From NCBI GenBank assembly GCA_965203355.1, contig OZ241889.1, positions 4,107,185 to 4,171,184 on the forward strand: 64,000 nucleotides of DNA. Reading direction: 5' to 3'. Under the pieces are notes generated by a model. That model was not told where the DNA came from and ran no database searches. It saw nothing but the letters and a program-made list of their open reading frames with translations. Below are positions 1-9,584 of the stretch, piece after piece (the first letter of the stretch is position 1; each line of letters starts with the position of its first letter). The stretch comes from Candidatus Latescibacterota bacterium. Its GTDB lineage: Bacteria; Latescibacterota; UBA2968; UBA8231. Made by a program: the position numbers and the translations under genes.

Positions 1-721
1 CCAGTACTTTTACGTCGATTACGAGATCGGCGACGCGCCAAGCGAGGCCGGATATTTCCACGCAGAATTCCGCCGCGAAAACCCCTTCGGCGGCTGGGGA
101 CCCGAGATTCGCGTCAACTCGCCGGAGGCCAACATCGTCAACAAGGAACAGGCGGCTTGGGACAACAACTACGTCATCTTGGAGACCCAAGGCCGCGGGC
201 ACTATATCGGCTGCAACATCAGCGTCACCAACTTCCAAGGCACTTGGTGGGGCGAGGGCGACGACATGATCTGGGTCGATGGCTACAAGTGGCCCCCCGA
301 ATTGCACGGCACCGGCAGTGAAGATTACCTCAACCAAGCGTGGGGCATGCAGGACAACGGCTTCTTGCGCAACGGCTCTTCCATCCACGAAAACAACACC
401 AACGGCTACCAAACCTCGTACGTCCACCACCTCGAAAACCCCGTTCACTTCCAGCGGGAAATCAAGGCCACCATCGAACACGGCCACGGCAATCACCTCT
501 GCAACGAAATGAGCAGCGTCGCCTATTGGTACGCCGCCAAACCCACCCGCGTGGCCGAACCCCCGGCCGTCGCCCAACGCCTGCCCGTCCTCCGCGACGC
601 CGAGGGCCAGTGGTTGGGCGATCGCGGGAATCAAATCACCAGTCGGAGCATTCGCCCCAACGCAGAAATGGAGCAGATGAAAACGCAATGGGCGGCCAAA
701 GAATCATCCTCTAATAGTTGA
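1..721 (+). CDS. DUF2961 / glycoside hydrolase family 172 protein (5'-truncated by window edge)
   Basis: Frame open from position 2 (QYFYVDYE...YFHAEFRRENP); motifs WWGEGDDMIWVDG, HGTGSEDYLNQAWG, TIEHGHGN, SSVAYWY typical of DUF2961. Confidence 0.85.
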   Translation, partial: QYFYVDYEIGDAPSEAGYFHAEFRRENPFGGWGPEIRVNSPEANIVNKEQAAWDNNYVILETQGRGHYIGCNISVTNFQGTWWGEGDDMIWVDGYKWPPELHGTGSEDYLNQAWGMQDNGFLRNGSSIHENNTNGYQTSYVHHLENPVHFQREIKATIEHGHGNHLCNEMSSVAYWYAAKPTRVAEPPAVAQRLPVLRDAEGQWLGDRGNQITSRSIRPNAEMEQMKTQWAAKESSSNS

Positions 722-732
722 CCTAACTCCAA

Positions 733-1371
733 ATGCTGACGACCACGGCCAAAGTTCAAATCGTCCTCGACGTACTCCAGCGGCTCTATCCCAACCCTTC
801 GGTCCCGCTCAAACGCCGGGATCCCTACACGCATCTGATTGCCGTGTTGCTTTCGGCGCAATGCACAGATGCGCGCGTAAACCAAGTAACGCCGACACTC
901 TTTGCCCGCGCCGACTGCCCCGAGCGCATGGTCGAACTGGACGTGGCAGAAATCGAGCAGATCATTCGCTCTTGCGGACTGGCGCCGCGTAAGTCCAAGG
1001 CAATCTGGGCGCTGTCGCAAATCCTGCTCGCCGAACACGATGGCCAAGTTCCGCCCGATCTGGCTGCACTCGAACGCCTACCTGGCGTGGGGCACAAAAC
1101 CGCGCAAGTCGTGCTCGCGCAGAACTTCGGCGTGCCGACCTTTCCCGTCGATACCCACATCCATCGGCTGATTTACCGTTGGGGGCTTTCCACCGGCAAG
1201 AGCGTCGAGCAGACGGAACGAGACTGCAAGCACCTCTTCCCCACAGCGCACTGGAACGACCTGCACTTGCAAATCATCTACTTTGGCCGCGAGCACTGCC
1301 CAGCGCGCCGGCACCAGCCAGCCGAATGCCTCCTGTGCAGCCGAATAGGCCGCAAGAGCCTGTTCAAGTGA
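733..1371 (+). CDS. nth: Endonuclease III (HhH-GPD DNA glycosylase)
   Basis: LIAVLLSAQCTDARVN, LPGVGHKTA helix-hairpin-helix, FPVDTHIHR. Confidence 0.92.
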   Translation: MLTTTAKVQIVLDVLQRLYPNPSVPLKRRDPYTHLIAVLLSAQCTDARVNQVTPTLFARADCPERMVELDVAEIEQIIRSCGLAPRKSKAIWALSQILLAEHDGQVPPDLAALERLPGVGHKTAQVVLAQNFGVPTFPVDTHIHRLIYRWGLSTGKSVEQTERDCKHLFPTAHWNDLHLQIIYFGREHCPARRHQPAECLLCSRIGRKSLFK

Positions 1372-1454
1372 GGACGCCTTGGGATTGGCGCATTGCTTGC
1401 CGACGTGCCTAAACGTAGTTTGTCAACAGCACACACCTTATTCCCCCATGCCCA

Positions 1455-2708
1455 ATGCCATTAGCTCTTTCGCTCTTCTTCGTCCTTTTGTCTTGCAGCC
1501 CTGAGCCGCGCCAAGACGACACCGTCACCCTCGAGTTCTGGACCATTGCCCTCGGCGACGCATTTGCCGATTACATCTTGGGCATGATCGCCGAGTACGA
1601 GCAGGCGCATCCCGGCGTCCAGGTCAAGTGGGTCGATGTCAGCGGCGGCGAAGTGGCCGAGAAGTTCCTCGCCGCTTTAGTCGGCGACGCGCCCCCAGAC
1701 TTGGCCAACATCTACGACCTGCCCCGCTTCCTGCAATACGACATTCTCGTCAACATGGACGAAGCGGTCTCCCCAGCCGAAAAAGCCAAACGGCTCGAAA
1801 ACTTCTGGCGCGGCGTTGGCTACTTCCAAGGCAGCAACTACGCCATCCCTTGGTACATCGGCGTCACCATGCTCTGGTACAACAAGGACCTCTTCGCCCA
1901 AGCCGGCCTCGACCCCGAGCATCCGCCGGCCACCATCGACGAGATGTTCGCCATGGGCCACCAAATACGCGAGCGCACCGGCAAATACGGAATCTCTTGG
2001 CGCCTGCATCCCTCGCTCGTGGCTCCACCTTGGGCCTTGTTGCGCCTAGACGGATTTTGGCCGCTGTTCGCTCCCAATCTCCGCCGCACCCGCATCAACC
2101 ACCCCGAGGCCAAGGCCATCTTGCAGCAGTGGATCAACGCCTATCAGCAAGAAATCGTGCCGCCCGAAGCCATCGCCGCCGCCCACCGCGACGAGGTCAA
2201 TTGGTTCATCGAGGGGCGTGCGGCCATGTTGCCCTTTTCCGGTGGCTGGATCACCCGCTACTTCGACGACTCCTTTGCCAACAAGGCGGTGCCGGCACCC
2301 ATGCCGCGGGGTCGCCTCGGCCAAGTGCCGGCCACCAGCCAAGTCTTGGTCGTGCCCAAAGCCTCGCCCCACGTAGAGCAAGCCGTTGACTTCGGGCTGT
2401 TTGTCACCAACGACGCCAACCAGCTCGAATTTTGCCGCCGCGTAGCCATCTTGCCCTCGACCGTGGCCGCGGCCGCCGATCCGTACTTCCGCCGCCCACC
2501 CGCCACGCTGGCCGACGCGGCCAACCAACACTCCGCGGCCGACATCCCCCATTCCTTTGTCATGGCTCCGCCCGACGTCAAAGGCTGGAGCCGGATGGAG
2601 GACATCCTCCACGAGGAATTCGCCAAAGCATTGGCCGGCCAGCAAAGTGCGGACGCAGCCCTGCGCCGCATCGAATCCAAGTGGAACCACCTCTTGCGCT
2701 TCCATTGA
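1455..2708 (+). CDS. Carbohydrate ABC transporter substrate-binding lipoprotein
   Basis: Lipobox LLSC, TLEFW, YAIPWY, WYNKDLFAQAGLDPEHPP; precedes two CUT1 permeases. Confidence 0.85.
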   Translation: MPLALSLFFVLLSCSPEPRQDDTVTLEFWTIALGDAFADYILGMIAEYEQAHPGVQVKWVDVSGGEVAEKFLAALVGDAPPDLANIYDLPRFLQYDILVNMDEAVSPAEKAKRLENFWRGVGYFQGSNYAIPWYIGVTMLWYNKDLFAQAGLDPEHPPATIDEMFAMGHQIRERTGKYGISWRLHPSLVAPPWALLRLDGFWPLFAPNLRRTRINHPEAKAILQQWINAYQQEIVPPEAIAAAHRDEVNWFIEGRAAMLPFSGGWITRYFDDSFANKAVPAPMPRGRLGQVPATSQVLVVPKASPHVEQAVDFGLFVTNDANQLEFCRRVAILPSTVAAAADPYFRRPPATLADAANQHSAADIPHSFVMAPPDVKGWSRMEDILHEEFAKALAGQQSADAALRRIESKWNHLLRFH

Positions 2709-2737
2709 GACCAACCCGAGCCAACTCGCCATTGACC

Positions 2738-3658
2738 ATGGACAGACGCTGCACACCTTATCTTTTTGTCGCCCCCGGGCTGTTGCTCCTAGTCGTGTTC
2801 TTCGCCTATCCCTTGCTCGACACGCTCTATCTCAGCCTGCACCGCTACAACATCTTCTCGCCGCCCACCTTCGTCGGCCTCGACAACTTTCGCCGCGCTT
2901 GGGGCGACGAGCTATTCTGGCGGGTCTTGGCCAATACGCTGCTCTACGCGATTATCGTCGTGCCCGCGCTCGTCGTGCTCTCGTTTTTCATGGCGCTGTT
3001 GCTCGACAACTCGCTGCGGCTGATCAAGGTGTTTCGCACCCTGTACTACATTCCAGTCGTCACCTCCATCGTCGTCGCTGGCATCGTCTGGAAGTGGCTT
3101 TACAACGCCGATGGCCTGCTCAACGCCTTCCTCAAGGAGCTGGGCGTCAGCGGCCCGTCGTGGCTGGCCGATGTGCGCGGCGTCCCCGAAGCGTTCTTGA
3201 GCCTACTGGGCGTGGAGACCCAATCCGCGTGGTTGACCGAGCCGGCGATTGCCCTGTTTGCCGTGGCCATGGTCACCGTGTGGAAGGCCGCGCCGTACTA
3301 CATGATCATCTATCTGGCCGGCTTACAAGGCATCCCCCCCCAGCTCAAAGAAGCCGCGCACGTCGATGGAGCGGGTTGGTGGCAAGTCGTGCGCCACGTC
3401 ATCATCCCGACGATCAAGCCCTACACACTCGTGGTCTCCATCATCGCCACCATCGCCGCCTTGCGCACCTTCGGGGAAGTGTACGTGATGACCGGCGGCG
3501 GCCCCTTCCACCGCACCAACCTATTGGCCTATTACATCTATACGCTCGGGTTCAAATACCTCGAAGTAGGGTACGCCGCGGCTGTTTCGCTGTGCTTGCT
3601 GGTCGTCATATTGATCTTTGCCCTGATCAACTTTCGCATCGCCGGCCGAGGAGACTGA
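2738..3658 (+). CDS. Carbohydrate ABC transporter permease (MalF/UgpA-like)
   Basis: Start taken at ATG 2738; FVGLDNF, EAA loop LKEAAHVDGAGWWQ, VYVMTGGGP. Confidence 0.9.
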   Translation: MDRRCTPYLFVAPGLLLLVVFFAYPLLDTLYLSLHRYNIFSPPTFVGLDNFRRAWGDELFWRVLANTLLYAIIVVPALVVLSFFMALLLDNSLRLIKVFRTLYYIPVVTSIVVAGIVWKWLYNADGLLNAFLKELGVSGPSWLADVRGVPEAFLSLLGVETQSAWLTEPAIALFAVAMVTVWKAAPYYMIIYLAGLQGIPPQLKEAAHVDGAGWWQVVRHVIIPTIKPYTLVVSIIATIAALRTFGEVYVMTGGGPFHRTNLLAYYIYTLGFKYLEVGYAAAVSLCLLVVILIFALINFRIAGRGD

Positions 3659-3659
3659 G

Positions 3660-4475
3660 ATGGTCCAACGCATTCTGCTCTACGCAATCCTGTGCGCGGT
3701 CGGTGCGGTCTTACTGACCCCTTTCGCCTGGCTGCTATCTACCGCGCTCAAAGCCGAGTCCGCCGATCTGTTCGCCCATCCGCCGCAGTGGATCCCCGAC
3801 CCCATCGTCTGGGGCAACTTCGCCAAGGCTTGGAACATCCTCCCATTCGCGCGCTACCTCTTCAATACCTTTTACATCGCCATCGCCACGGTCCTACTCA
3901 ACTTGACGTGCTGCTCGCTGGCTGGCTACGCCCTCGCCCGCATGAATTTCCGCGGGCGCCAAGCCATTTTCTACTGCATCTTGGCCACGACCATGGTGCC
4001 GTTCCAAGTCCTCTTAATCCCGCTTTTCATCGTCACCTTGAAGCTCGGTCTCGTGGATTCGTACGCCGGCGTCATCCTGCCGGTGGCGGTCAACGCCTTT
4101 GGCATCTTCCTCCTGCGCCAAGCCTTCACTACCATTCCCACGGATCTCGAAGACGCCGCCCGCATCGACGGCTGCGGCCCGTTTGCCATCTATGCACGCA
4201 TTATGATGCCCCTCGTCAAACCGGCCCTCGCCGCGCAGGCCGCGTTCACGTTTGTGGCCCAGTGGAACGACTTCCTGTGGCCGCTCGTGGTACTCAAAAG
4301 CCGCGAGCTGTACACCCTGCAATTGGGGCTGGCCAGCCTCCAAGGCGTCTTTGGCGTCAACTGGCGCTACATTTCAGCGGCCTCGATCATCGCCTTGGTG
4401 CCGACCGTGCTGTTCTTCCTCTTCACCCAGCGATTTTTTACGCAGGGGCTGACGGCTGGGGCCGTGAAGGAATAG
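3660..4475 (+). CDS. Carbohydrate ABC transporter permease (MalG/UgpE-like)
   Basis: LEDAARIDGC EAA loop, WNDFLWPL, GLTAGAVKE end. Confidence 0.92.
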   Translation: MVQRILLYAILCAVGAVLLTPFAWLLSTALKAESADLFAHPPQWIPDPIVWGNFAKAWNILPFARYLFNTFYIAIATVLLNLTCCSLAGYALARMNFRGRQAIFYCILATTMVPFQVLLIPLFIVTLKLGLVDSYAGVILPVAVNAFGIFLLRQAFTTIPTDLEDAARIDGCGPFAIYARIMMPLVKPALAAQAAFTFVAQWNDFLWPLVVLKSRELYTLQLGLASLQGVFGVNWRYISAASIIALVPTVLFFLFTQRFFTQGLTAGAVKE

Positions 4476-4529
4476 CCGAGTTGGTTTCTAGCCGACTGGC
4501 ACAATTTTTAGTTACCCTGGAGAACTGTT

Positions 4530-4832
4530 ATGACTATACCTGCAATCCATCCGGGAGAACACCTTGCCGAGGAGTTGAGAGAACTCGACATGAGCGCAGC
4601 ATCACTCGCACGACAGATTGAGGTGTCCACCAGCCGAATCACCGAAATCCTCAACGGGCGACGTGCAATCACGGGCGATACGGCCCTGAGGCTGGCTCAT
4701 TTTTTCGACACCAGCGCAGAATTCTGGCTAAACTTGCAGAAGCTCTATGAGTTGCGGATTGCCGAGGAGAAAATAGGCGGGGGTATTAGATCACTGCCAA
4801 CACTCAAGAACCGCGAGGCTGTGCAGACTTAA
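4530..4832 (+). CDS. higA: HigA family addiction-module antitoxin (XRE HTH), orphan
   Basis: IHPGEHLAEEL...ITGDTALRLAHFFDTSAEFWLNLQKLYEL. Confidence 0.9.
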   Translation: MTIPAIHPGEHLAEELRELDMSAASLARQIEVSTSRITEILNGRRAITGDTALRLAHFFDTSAEFWLNLQKLYELRIAEEKIGGGIRSLPTLKNREAVQT

Positions 4833-5051
4833 CGCACGAGAAGGAAGAATCAGTGGAAAGACAAGACTACAACCACTAATAAGACCTGCTTCAAGATAAG
4901 CACCAACCAGCAAATACAGTGCCTTTATAGGAGTTTGCATGAAAAGCTCTGTTCCTCTTCGGTTCCAACCATAAGTTCCTCGGGAAAGACGCTTACAAAA
5001 CGTGGAAATAATAGCGGCGGCGTCCCTACGAATAGCTACCTAACCGCTGAT

Positions 5052-5065
5052 GTACAACGTTGTAC
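5052..5065. promoter_or_regulatory. Perfect 14-bp palindrome GTACAACGTTGTAC, putative LacI-type operator
   Basis: Perfect inverted repeat with central CG and ACAACGTTGT core, ending 17 bp before ATG 5083. Confidence 0.5.
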
Positions 5066-5082
5066 CCAGAGGAACCAACAAC

Positions 5083-6090
5083 ATGGACATCCACGCGATC
5101 CAACGCGCCATTGACGCCCTGCCCCGTCACCGCCTGACGCATTTGCCAACGCCCTTGCAGCACTGTCCGCGGCTGTCGGCCGCGCTCGGGGGACCGCAAA
5201 TATGGATCAAACGCGACGACCTGACCGGCCTCGCCTTGGGCGGCAATAAGTCCCGCTACCTCGAATTCACGCTCGCCGAAGCTACGGACCAAGGGTGCGA
5301 TGCGGCCGTGTTGAGCGCGGTCGTCCAGTCCAATCATTGCCGCCAATTCGCCGCCGCCTGCGCCCAACTCGGCCTCAAGGGCGTCGTCGTCCTGCGCGAG
5401 GACGATTCCATCATGGGGCGCAAATCGCCGGCCCAAGGCAACTACCTTTTAGACCAGTTGTGTGGAGTGCGAATCCGCTTTGCTCGGCCCGAGCGCATAA
5501 GCGCAACCGTAGCCGAGGAAATGGCGCAGCTCAAAGAAGAAGGGTACAAGCCTTTCACCGGCCTGTCCGGCCTGTTGTCGCGCGTTGCCTACATCCAATG
5601 TGCCTTGGAAATCGAAACCCAACTGTGCGCCGCCGGCATCCAAGCCGACGATGTGGTAATTGGGTCGGGTGGAAACAGCTTGGCCGGGCTAGTGGCTGGC
5701 TTTGCCCTCTTGGGGCGATCGGCCCGCTTCCTCGGCACACCCCAGAGCAAGCTGAGCCAGCGCGCAGGAGCGTCTGAGCGCATCGCGCAATCCGCCGCGG
5801 AAGCCGCGGCCCACCTCGGCCTCGAATGCACACTCGCCCCCGAGCGCATCGCCGTGACCGATGAGTACGTCGGCCCGGGCTTCGGCCACTTGGACCGGGC
5901 CACGCTCGACAGCATCCGCCTCCTCGCCCAAAGCGAGGGCATCTTCGTCGATCCCACCTATTCGGGCAAGGGCTTGGCCGGCCTAATTGATCAGGTGCGC
6001 CACGGGCGTTTCCGCGCCAGCGAAAACATCGTCTTTGTCCACACTGGCGGAACGCCGCTGTTGTTCGCCTATGGGGAAGCCCTACTCTAA
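5083..6090 (+). CDS. PLP-dependent D-cysteine desulfhydrase / ACC deaminase family enzyme
   Basis: IWIKRDDLTGLALGGNK (PLP Lys), QSNHCRQ, IFVDPTYSGK, FVHTGG; start taken at 5083 after AGAGGA. Confidence 0.88.
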   Translation: MDIHAIQRAIDALPRHRLTHLPTPLQHCPRLSAALGGPQIWIKRDDLTGLALGGNKSRYLEFTLAEATDQGCDAAVLSAVVQSNHCRQFAAACAQLGLKGVVVLREDDSIMGRKSPAQGNYLLDQLCGVRIRFARPERISATVAEEMAQLKEEGYKPFTGLSGLLSRVAYIQCALEIETQLCAAGIQADDVVIGSGGNSLAGLVAGFALLGRSARFLGTPQSKLSQRAGASERIAQSAAEAAAHLGLECTLAPERIAVTDEYVGPGFGHLDRATLDSIRLLAQSEGIFVDPTYSGKGLAGLIDQVRHGRFRASENIVFVHTGGTPLLFAYGEALL

Positions 6091-7623
6091 CCCCAACGGC
6101 CCCACCAACTCGTCCAGCGCGTCAGCCAGCGGCTGTGGGTCGGCGAGGTCGGCGATGATGGCTGCCAAGAACGCCACGCCGCCGCGCCGGGCAAAATCCG
6201 CAATCTGCGCGTAGCTCAGCTTGGGCAGGTCGGTTAGCTGCTCGCCGACTAAGTGCGCCAGTCGCTGTTCTAAGATCGGCGGTCGCTCGGCGTACGGCAT
6301 GTTCTTCAGCAGCAGGATTAGGTCGTTCCGCGCTAATACGCGCGCGCGGACTCCGTAGCCCAAGCGGCGACAATACCCGTCAAAATCGTCCAAAGCGTCT
6401 GCACGACCCCCGGCCAAACCCAGCGCATCCTCCCGCGCAAAGAGGCCCGTCATTATGGTCTGTGCTATTAGGTAGTGCCCCCACACCGTGGGATGCAAAT
6501 ACTCAGCGATGAGCTCGTCGCCGACCAAACCAGCCGGTGCATGGGCGGCAAACGCCTGCTCCACGTCGATCAAGATCGCACCCGACTCAGCAGCCAAGGT
6601 GCGAATGGCATGGTTGAAGGGCGAGCAGGCCCGCAGGTGAATGCCGTCTAAATCGCGGGCACGCACAAACGCGGCCAGCGCCCGAGCCGAGTCCCCCGCC
6701 GCTTGATGCGCCAAGCCCGCGTCAAAGTGCAGGGCCGCGTGCTGCGGATAATCCGCGAGCACCGCACCCGGCGGCGGGGCCGGCCCTTGCGAGCGCAGGG
6801 GATAAAATCCAGCCAAATTGGAAACCAGCGTACAGAGCGCAACCGGCACCTCGCGCGCGTGCAACACCTCGACTATCTCGGCCAAATTGCGCTGATAATG
6901 GGCCTCGGTCTGCCGGTGCGCTTCGTCCTCCAAGTAGATCGCGCGTTGCACCAAGTGAACGCCAAAGGATTGGGCGGGTGCGGCGGGGCGCAGTGCAGCC
7001 GCGACGTAGTGCAGCAGGCTATCGAGCAGGTAGTAGCTCTTGGTCCGCTGTAGGAACATCTGCAACTCGATGAAGGTCCTGTTGCCACTCAAGCGCACAA
7101 ACGGAGTCGCGGCCCCGTACGGCCCCACGAACTCGTTGTGGCCGGCATAGATCAAAACCAGATCCGGCTCGTGCTCGACCACCTCGGCGACAAACTCGCG
7201 CACGACGAAAGAATTGATCGCGGTGACGCCGCAGTTGACGACCTCGATCGCGCGCGCTGGATACGCATCCGCGAGCATCTGTTGCAAAAAGTTGGGAAAC
7301 GAAGTGTAAGTGGGGTTGGGAAAGCCGAGCAGGGTCGAAGCCCCCAGCGCGAACACGCGAAACGCACGTGCGTCTTTGTCGCTGGCAAAGCGATCCTGCC
7401 CCGGGGCTAAGCGCACGTACTGGCGCGGGAAGAAACGCCGCGCAGCCTGCGGGTTGAGGCGGTAGGACGAGCCGCTGGCCACAAAAAGAGCGTCATCCGG
7501 CCCCACGCCCACCAGCCACAAGCCCGCCTCAAAAAGCCCGACTAACGACCAACCAACTAGGAGGGCAAGGACCCGACTTTTTGCCCTGTTTACCGTTTTT
7601 GCTTTGTTTGACGCCTTCATCAA
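6082..7623 (-). CDS. SGNH/GDSL hydrolase family protein with TPR-like insert and N-terminal TM anchor
   Basis: Block I FALGAST, block II NCGVTAINS, block III YAGHNEF, block V EYLHPT. Confidence 0.75.
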   Translation of the reverse strand: MMKASNKAKTVNRAKSRVLALLVGWSLVGLFEAGLWLVGVGPDDALFVASGSSYRLNPQAARRFFPRQYVRLAPGQDRFASDKDARAFRVFALGASTLLGFPNPTYTSFPNFLQQMLADAYPARAIEVVNCGVTAINSFVVREFVAEVVEHEPDLVLIYAGHNEFVGPYGAATPFVRLSGNRTFIELQMFLQRTKSYYLLDSLLHYVAAALRPAAPAQSFGVHLVQRAIYLEDEAHRQTEAHYQRNLAEIVEVLHAREVPVALCTLVSNLAGFYPLRSQGPAPPPGAVLADYPQHAALHFDAGLAHQAAGDSARALAAFVRARDLDGIHLRACSPFNHAIRTLAAESGAILIDVEQAFAAHAPAGLVGDELIAEYLHPTVWGHYLIAQTIMTGLFAREDALGLAGGRADALDDFDGYCRRLGYGVRARVLARNDLILLLKNMPYAERPPILEQRLAHLVGEQLTDLPKLSYAQIADFARRGGVAFLAAIIADLADPQPLADALDELVGPLGLE

Positions 7624-7635
7624 CTGTTAAAAATC

Positions 7636-9573
7636 ATGGCTGCAATCGACTCTTCTGACAAGGCACCGGTCGCCATTACGGGCCGGTGCATCCTCGTCGG
7701 TGCCGCACTGAGCTTGGCCATTGCCATCGGCATTCCCTATGGCAGCATGGTCGTGCAAGGCTCTCGCCTCGGGCTGAGTTCGGCCACGCCAGCGGCGTTC
7801 TTTTTGCTATTCGTCCTGCTGCTGACCGTCCAGATCGCCTTGGGACGCTGGGGTTTTCGGCGCGGCGAGTGGGTCGTCATTTTCGCCATGATGGCGGTGG
7901 CCACGGCTATTCCCACGCGCGGCGTAGTGGGAATGCTGCTGCCGATGATCACCGGCACCTTCTACTACGCCACGCCCGAAAACCAATGGACCGCCCTAAT
8001 CCACCCGTTTCTCTCCGATTGGATGGTGGTGTACGATCCGGCCGCGGTAAAGGCATTTTACGAGGGCACCAAAGGCTCGGCCATCCCCTATGCCGTCTGG
8101 CTCAAACCGCTCGGGCACTGGTTTGTATTCTACGCGGCGTTTTACGCAACTCTTATCTCGGCCATGTCCATCTTGCGCCGCCAATGGGTTGACAACGAGC
8201 GACTCGTTTTTCCGCTGGCCCAAGTTCCGCTCGCCATGATCCAAGACGACGCGGGCAAGCAACCCTTTTTTCGCAATCCCATCCTGTGGTGCGGCTTGCT
8301 GTTGCCCTTCTTGTTTAACAGCACCAACGCCCTGCACCAATACTTTAACTTCGTCCCCGCCCTCGCCCTTCAGACCAGCGTCGAACTGTTCAACCGCACC
8401 GCCTCGCTCAACATCCGCATCAACTTCCTGATGTTCGGCTTTGCGTACTTTATCAACTCCAATATCGCCTTTAGCCTGTGGTTTTTCTACCTACTCCACG
8501 TAATACAAGAAAGCATCTTCCGCTACCTCGGCATCTTCAGCCCCGAGGAGTTGGGGCCTTGGACCGGGTCCGGGCCAGTGGGTGCGATCATGGGGCATCA
8601 GATGATGGGTGCGCTCATCGTCCTGGTGTTCTACGGGCTGTGGACGGCGCGGCCACACCTCAAAAACGTCCTGTGCAAGGCCCTGTGGGGCGACGACCGG
8701 ATCGATGACTCGGCCGAGATTCTCTCCTATCGAGCCTCGTTTTGGCTCTTCGTCGTCGGTGTTAGCGCGATGGGCTGCTGGCTGTGGAAGAGCGGGATCC
8801 CCGTTTGGATCGTGCCCTTCTTCCTGTTCTCGTCGCTGGTCATATTCATCGGCCTAGCGCGCGTCATCGCCGAGGCTGGCATGCCCACTGTAACCCCCGA
8901 AATGGTCCCAGCCGGCTTTGTCGTCTCTGGGGTTGGGGTCCCCGCGCTCGGCGCACCGGGCATGGTCGCCACGGGCTACTCTTTGATCTGGGCGGGCGAT
9001 CTGCTGGTCTTTATGACCGCACCGCTCGCCAACAGCCTGCGCTTGGGCAGCGCGATCAACGGCACCCGCCGGCCGCTCTTTTGGGCGATTGTCGCGGCCA
9101 TGCTTATCAGCCTCGTAGCCTCCTGCTGGTTCATGCTCTACCTCGCGTACCGCGACGGCGCACTCAACCTGCATCCCCAGTACTTCACGGGCTTTGCCGC
9201 CTATCCCTCGGATTTTGCCGCGAAAAAACTCGCCAACCCCACCGGACCGAGCCTGGCCGGGTGGCTGTGGACGGGTTTTGGTGCCCTGATCATGGGCGGC
9301 TTGATGACCGCCCGTCACTTCTTCGTGTGGTGGCCTTTTCACCCACTCGGCTTTGCGGTGAGTACAGGCTGGGTAATGAATAGCATCTGGTTTTCGATCT
9401 TTCTCGCTTGGCTCATCAAGATCACCGTCCTCAAATACGGCGGACCCCGCACGTATCTCCTCACTCGCCCCTTTTTCGTTGGGATCGTGCTCGGCCAGTT
9501 CGTCGCCGCCGGTCTGTGGCTGGTGGTGGATGGCTTCACCGGCATGGTTGGCAACCGAACCCCTGTGTATTAG
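7636..9573 (+). CDS. DUF6785/DUF6784-type polytopic inner-membrane protein (putative transporter)
   Basis: Many hydrophobic segments; LRRQWVDNERLVFPLAQVP, WWPFHPLGF, KYGG...RPFFVG..LG motifs. Confidence 0.75.
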   Translation: MAAIDSSDKAPVAITGRCILVGAALSLAIAIGIPYGSMVVQGSRLGLSSATPAAFFLLFVLLLTVQIALGRWGFRRGEWVVIFAMMAVATAIPTRGVVGMLLPMITGTFYYATPENQWTALIHPFLSDWMVVYDPAAVKAFYEGTKGSAIPYAVWLKPLGHWFVFYAAFYATLISAMSILRRQWVDNERLVFPLAQVPLAMIQDDAGKQPFFRNPILWCGLLLPFLFNSTNALHQYFNFVPALALQTSVELFNRTASLNIRINFLMFGFAYFINSNIAFSLWFFYLLHVIQESIFRYLGIFSPEELGPWTGSGPVGAIMGHQMMGALIVLVFYGLWTARPHLKNVLCKALWGDDRIDDSAEILSYRASFWLFVVGVSAMGCWLWKSGIPVWIVPFFLFSSLVIFIGLARVIAEAGMPTVTPEMVPAGFVVSGVGVPALGAPGMVATGYSLIWAGDLLVFMTAPLANSLRLGSAINGTRRPLFWAIVAAMLISLVASCWFMLYLAYRDGALNLHPQYFTGFAAYPSDFAAKKLANPTGPSLAGWLWTGFGALIMGGLMTARHFFVWWPFHPLGFAVSTGWVMNSIWFSIFLAWLIKITVLKYGGPRTYLLTRPFFVGIVLGQFVAAGLWLVVDGFTGMVGNRTPVY

Positions 9574-9584
9574 AAGGAAAATCT

